A stretch of DNA of 64,000 nucleotides from Gammaproteobacteria bacterium (GTDB lineage Bacteria; Pseudomonadota; Gammaproteobacteria; Eutrophobiales; Eutrophobiaceae), in contig CBDCDS010000003.1 in the NCBI GenBank assembly GCA_965215365.1, positions 2,336,001-2,400,000 on the forward strand. Reading direction: 5' to 3'. A program made the translations under genes and the position numbers. Positions 59,870 to 64,000 of the stretch are shown here, piece by piece. How positions within the stretch are numbered: the stretch's first letter is position 1; each line of letters starts with the position of its first letter. The notes under the pieces were generated by a model, which was given only the letters and a program-made list of their open reading frames with translations, was not told where the DNA came from and did not search any database.

Positions 59870-60727
59870 TCATGTTGTCATTGTGAAGTTAGTAATCAAA
59901 GCTTCACTGATTTGCCCACGTTTGTTTCCTTTACTATTTACGGAACGCTTTGCAAAAACTGTGGTTATACAAAAATCGCCATATAAAGATTGGATAAAGC
60001 CTGTCATGGAATTAGATAAAATCAGCTTGACTCCGCGTTTGTCCAAGGCTTTGAAAATATTCGCTAATTTGATCTGTGAATCTTCATTAAAGCCATATCT
60101 GGAATATGACGTAAAACTTGCAGTTTTTGATATCGGGTAATAGGGCGGATCGAAGTAGATTAAATCGCCCTCCATCGCATGTTGTTCGACGGTAGTAAAT
60201 GGACAAGCACTGATTTTTGCCTGCGACAAGCAAGCGGAAACGGCAAAGAGATTTTCTTCATCACAAATTTTCGGATTCTCGTAGCTACCCAGAGGGGCGT
60301 TAAACACTCCCTTGCTGTTTTCCCTATGCAGCCCATTATAGCAAGTCTTGTTCAGATATATAATCCTGGCAGCTCGCGTGGCGGGAGTTCGAGGAACCCT
60401 TGAACGTATTTCATAGTAATATTTTCTACAGTGCTTTGCTCTATGAACTTTCAGATGTTTTATCACCCTATCAACATCATCTCTTACACCCAGGTAGGTA
60501 TGGATAATGCTTTCACTGATATCGGAAAGGCAGGAAGCTTTTTTTAATCGTTGTTGTCGTGCTAATTCGAAGAACAGCGCGCCTCCCCCTAGAAACGGTT
60601 CGTGATAGCGACTAAAAGATCCTGCACATTCAACTGCTCGTAGCAATTCGGGCAGCAATTGTCTTTTTCCTCCAACCCATTTGAGAAAAGGCCTGGGAAG
60701 TGGATTCGTCAAGGTACCATCACTCAT
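59870..60727 (-). CDS. Dam-family (D12 class) DNA adenine methyltransferase
   Basis: PFLKWVGGKRQL, EPFLGGGA, YLNKTCYNGL.R.N..G.FN.P, YFDPPY, LSNS. Confidence 0.92.
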   Translation of the reverse strand: MSDGTLTNPLPRPFLKWVGGKRQLLPELLRAVECAGSFSRYHEPFLGGGALFFELARQQRLKKASCLSDISESIIHTYLGVRDDVDRVIKHLKVHRAKHCRKYYYEIRSRVPRTPATRAARIIYLNKTCYNGLHRENSKGVFNAPLGSYENPKICDEENLFAVSACLSQAKISACPFTTVEQHAMEGDLIYFDPPYYPISKTASFTSYSRYGFNEDSQIKLANIFKALDKRGVKLILSNSMTGFIQSLYGDFCITTVFAKRSVNSKGNKRGQISEALITNFTMTT

Positions 60728-60815
60728 GGCTGAAAATCTTACTTGATATGAGATTTGTTCTATTTTTCTGACGCCTTCTGTTCCAGCCAGACACAGATAC
60801 GCCCCCGGCAACCAA

Positions 60816-61112
60816 TTATTCCCCCTGCTCCCGCGCGGCGTAGGCGTCGAGCTGCGCTTTGGACGCTTCCTGCTGGTGTTGGTCTTTCCATTCGTGATAG
60901 GGCATCCCATAGACAATTTCCCGGGCCTGTTCGTAGTCCAGTTCCTCGCCGCGTTCTGCTGCCGCAGCGCGGTACCACTTGGATAAGCAGTTCCGGCAAA
61001 AACCGGCCAGATTCATCAGGTCTATGTTCTGCACCTCGGTATGTTCACGCAGGTATTGCGCCAGGTGGCGAAACGTGGCCGCCTCAATGGCTTGTCGAGT
61101 AGCGTCATTCAT
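60816..61112 (-). CDS. DUF1244-family protein
   Basis: EAATFR.L..YL, VQNIDLMNLAGFCRNCLSKWY, VYGMPY.EWK. Confidence 0.93.
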   Translation of the reverse strand: MNDATRQAIEAATFRHLAQYLREHTEVQNIDLMNLAGFCRNCLSKWYRAAAAERGEELDYEQAREIVYGMPYHEWKDQHQQEASKAQLDAYAAREQGE

Positions 61113-61204
61113 ATCTCTCTCCGGTCAGTTGTTGTGAGTGGCAGGGACGACATATGCCGCGCGCGGCGCCTCCATGGGCACTCCGAAAATGCCCCCTACC
61201 CCAA

Positions 61205-62632
61205 TCATTCGAGGTTATATTTCTGTATCCGGTAGCGCAGGGCCATGCGGCTGATGCCCAGTTCCCGCGCCGCTTTGGAAACGTTGCCCCGGCATTTTTC
61301 CAGGGCGTTTTTGATCAGCATCAGTTCCGCATCGCCCAGTGTCAAGTCCGTATCAGTAGTGGGGGACAGGTTCAGACCCGCCTCCGTATCGGGCTGCGCC
61401 GGCGCACTCAGGGCCAGATTCTCGGGCGATAACTCGCCGCCACCGGACAGTAACACCGCGCGTTCGATCATGTGTTTCAACTCGCGCACATTGCCGGGCC
61501 AGTGATACGACCTGAGCGCCTGCGCCGCCGCCGCCGACAGGCTGAGGGCGGGTATCCCGTAACGGCGGGCGTTCTGCTGCATGAAATGCTGCGCCAGCAA
61601 TAGCACGTCAGCGCCGCGTTCCCGTAATGGCGCCAGGGTGATGGACAGCACATTCAGGCGGTAGTACAGGTCGGAACGGAACTCACCGCGCCGCGCCAGT
61701 TCCTCAATATCGCGGTTAGTGGCTGCGATAATCCAGGCCGCCACCGGCCGCTCCCTGGTGGTGCCCACCTTGCGTAGCGTCCGGCGCTCCAGCACGGCCA
61801 GCAACTTTGCCTGCAAGTCCATGGGCAACTCGCCGATCTCATCCATGAACAGCACCCCGTCCTCCGCCGCTTCGATCAAACCGGTCCGGGCCGTGTGGGC
61901 GCTGGTAAAGGCGCCTTTTTCATGGCCGAACAGTTCGGCCTCAATCAGATCCTTGGGCAGGCTGGCGCAATCCACATGCACAAACGGTCGTTCCCTGCGG
62001 GCGCTGTTGGCGTGCAGCCGCCGCGCCACCACATCCTTGCCGGTGCCAGTCTCGCCAAGGATCAGGATGGTAGGCGGCGCACTGGCGGCTGTCACCTGTT
62101 GCAGGCGTTCGAGCTGCTGGCGCAGCGCGGTCATCACCGGACTTTCACCGAGCAGGTCCACGCCCTCATGGGCATGTTGTTCGCGCTTGCTGGAGTAGGT
62201 CAGCTTTTGCGAGAGCTCATTTTGTTCCAGCGCCCGCTCCACGACGAGCAGCAACTCATCGAGGTCAATCGGCTTTTTCAGATAATCGGACGCGCCCGAT
62301 TTCATGGCCGACACCGCGTCCTCAATTTCTCCATAGGCGGACATCACCAGCACCGGAAAGGCGTTGGCGGCGTCATCCTGCAGGCCGGCGAGAAAATCCA
62401 GCCCGGAACCATCGGGCAGACGCATGTCCAGTAACAGCAGATCCGGCGTCGCTTCCTTGAGTTTTGCCGCGCCGGCGGCCAGCGTCCCGGCAATATCGGC
62501 CTGATACCCCGCCCGCGTCAGGCGCTTGTGCACCGCTCCGGCAAACACCGCCTCGTCCTCTATGATCAGGATCTGCTGCTGCAGGCGTGGCACCTCGGTT
62601 TCAGTAACGAACGGACTGCTGTGCATAGCCAT
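61205..62632 (-). CDS. NtrC-family response regulator (REC-AAA-Fis HTH)
   Basis: LLDMRLPD, GETGTGKD, ELFGHEKGAFTSA, WPGNVREL, GNVSKAARELG. Confidence 0.93.
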   Translation of the reverse strand: MAMHSSPFVTETEVPRLQQQILIIEDEAVFAGAVHKRLTRAGYQADIAGTLAAGAAKLKEATPDLLLLDMRLPDGSGLDFLAGLQDDAANAFPVLVMSAYGEIEDAVSAMKSGASDYLKKPIDLDELLLVVERALEQNELSQKLTYSSKREQHAHEGVDLLGESPVMTALRQQLERLQQVTAASAPPTILILGETGTGKDVVARRLHANSARRERPFVHVDCASLPKDLIEAELFGHEKGAFTSAHTARTGLIEAAEDGVLFMDEIGELPMDLQAKLLAVLERRTLRKVGTTRERPVAAWIIAATNRDIEELARRGEFRSDLYYRLNVLSITLAPLRERGADVLLLAQHFMQQNARRYGIPALSLSAAAAQALRSYHWPGNVRELKHMIERAVLLSGGGELSPENLALSAPAQPDTEAGLNLSPTTDTDLTLGDAELMLIKNALEKCRGNVSKAARELGISRMALRYRIQKYNLE

Positions 62633-62681
62633 AGTGCCAATCAGGATGGTCGGCAACCCTGAACATACTGAAACACATTTA

Positions 62682-62921
62682 TCAAGGATCAACCGGTGTC
62701 AGGGTCGGATCTGTGTGGGGTGGTATATCCAGCTTGGTTTCTACTCGGGCCAGACATTCGCGGATATCTGTGACATCTCTGGAAAGAGTGTCAATTTTAG
62801 CGACCAGCTTGTCATGGTCAGCTTCCAGGCGCGCCAAACGCTCGGTCAGACTGGTTTTCAGCCACAGTACCGTACCGATGATGGTGCCGAGTAAAGTAAA
62901 AAATTGCATGGTGTCATTCAT
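62682..62921 (-). CDS. Small N-anchored coiled-coil protein
   Basis: TM FFTLLGTIIGTVLWL then heptads ending LARVETKL; GGGAG SD. Confidence 0.65.
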   Translation of the reverse strand: MNDTMQFFTLLGTIIGTVLWLKTSLTERLARLEADHDKLVAKIDTLSRDVTDIRECLARVETKLDIPPHTDPTLTPVDP

Positions 62922-63068
62922 TGAAATCTCCCAGGTTAGTCCCATTCAGTAACGAAAATTTGCCAAGCGTCTTGCTCGTTGCAGACCGGACGAAGTCCAT
63001 CGACATCGGACTGATTTGAACAAGCCCACCGGCAGTATAGTTGCGTACCGGCAACTATTCAAGCGCTA

Positions 63069-64000
63069 TGTCCAGGTTCAATACATATGAGACTCAGAGG
63101 CAGGCTGTGTGAGTTGTTGATAATACTCCATTGGGGTTAATAAACCAATACCGTCATGCGGGCGGTAGGTATTGTAGTATTGCTGATACTCTGCCAGTTT
63201 GCGGTTGATGGCGGCCACGGTCAGTGGGCCCTCGTAGAACGGATAGAACTCATAGCGGCTGGTGGCATTGGCGCGTTCTACACAGCCGTTGTATTCGGGT
63301 TTTTTCGGGGGCAGCACGTACAGGGGGATTCCTAAGTCCTGGCAAGCCTGCTCGAACTCATCTCGGAACTCCGAGCCGCCATCGACCTGGATAGAACGGA
63401 TGGGAAACGGCGCCTCACCGAGCAGCGCTTTTAAGAAGCGCCGGGCATTGCCACTGGTGGCCCGACTGTAGGCTCGCAGCGCACTCCATTTGCTCACCGG
63501 ACAGACGGCCTTGAACTCCTTCACCGTGACGCCGTCCGTGAAGCCGACACTCATGTGGTCTATCTGCATCAACTCCCCTGGCGCCTTAGCCTTCATCCCG
63601 TAGCGCCAGCGCTTGGCATGATGGGTAAACGCCCGGCGGCGCTTAGGCTTCACCCGGCCATAGTAAAACGCCACCGGCTTGACCCGACCTAGCCGCACCA
63701 GCTTCGCCACGATGCGCCCGACCGTACTCTCGCTCAAAGTCCAGCCCTGCTCGCGCACCCCCACCCGCCAGAGCTTACGCTTGCCCCATAACGGATAACG
63801 TTGGCGAAGGTGCAAGACCTGCTGCTCGTGCTGGCGCGTCCATTGCGGCACACGCCGCCGCCGCGGCGCACGAGAGCCACACCCCAGACCCTTCAGCCCA
63901 TGTTCACGATACCGCTTCAACCAACGGTAGTAGGTCGCCCTCGACCAACCTACTGCTGCCAGTGCCGTCGCCTCACCACACCCATCCTCGCGTAACGTCG
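63069..64000 (-). mobile_element. IS481-family insertion sequence; transposase 63078..>63920, cut by the window edge
   Basis: rve core PGELMQIDH, IQVDGGSEF, NGCVERAN, YNTYRPH; terminal TGT at 63069. Confidence 0.9.

Overview
64 kb of a GC-rich (~60%) gammaproteobacterial chromosome. FN3/Calx-beta autotransporter, RTX protein, many MITE-like repeats and small coiled-coil membrane proteins suggest a host-associated marine lifestyle such as a sponge symbiont (inference). Core blocks: aat-infA, kdsB-ycaR-lpxK-exbD-exbB, ispF-ispD-ftsB-eno-kdsA-pyrG, clpS-clpA and hfq-miaA-mutL-amiB-tsaE-nnr. Accessory loci: (i) a decayed BstYI/BglII-type R-M pair and IS1634 remnant beside tRNA-Ser(GGA), which is followed by five 173-176 bp RtT-like repeats each ending in the last 19 nt of the tRNA; (ii) an exported LCAT-like lipase, RoxA/MauG-like di-haem protein, catalase-fold lipoprotein and epoxide-hydrolase-like lipoprotein, a candidate lipid-oxidation (oxylipin-like) pathway; (iii) an L,D-transpeptidase plus MotA/ExbB-like three-gene membrane module; (iv) a zinc-uptake cluster with a long (HDD)n insert in a ZnuD-like receptor; (v) a mosaic giant autotransporter and RTX gene fed by a tandemly duplicated array of promoter plus length-variable coiled-coil genes; (vi) a low-GC Dam-like MTase plus DUF3883 nuclease with a tandem Cys/His module; (vii) IS481 at the right edge. 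Two MITE families nest in each other and donate start/stop codons to host genes. mutL appears to begin at CTG and lacks endonuclease motifs. All family assignments come from motif recognition, not database searches.
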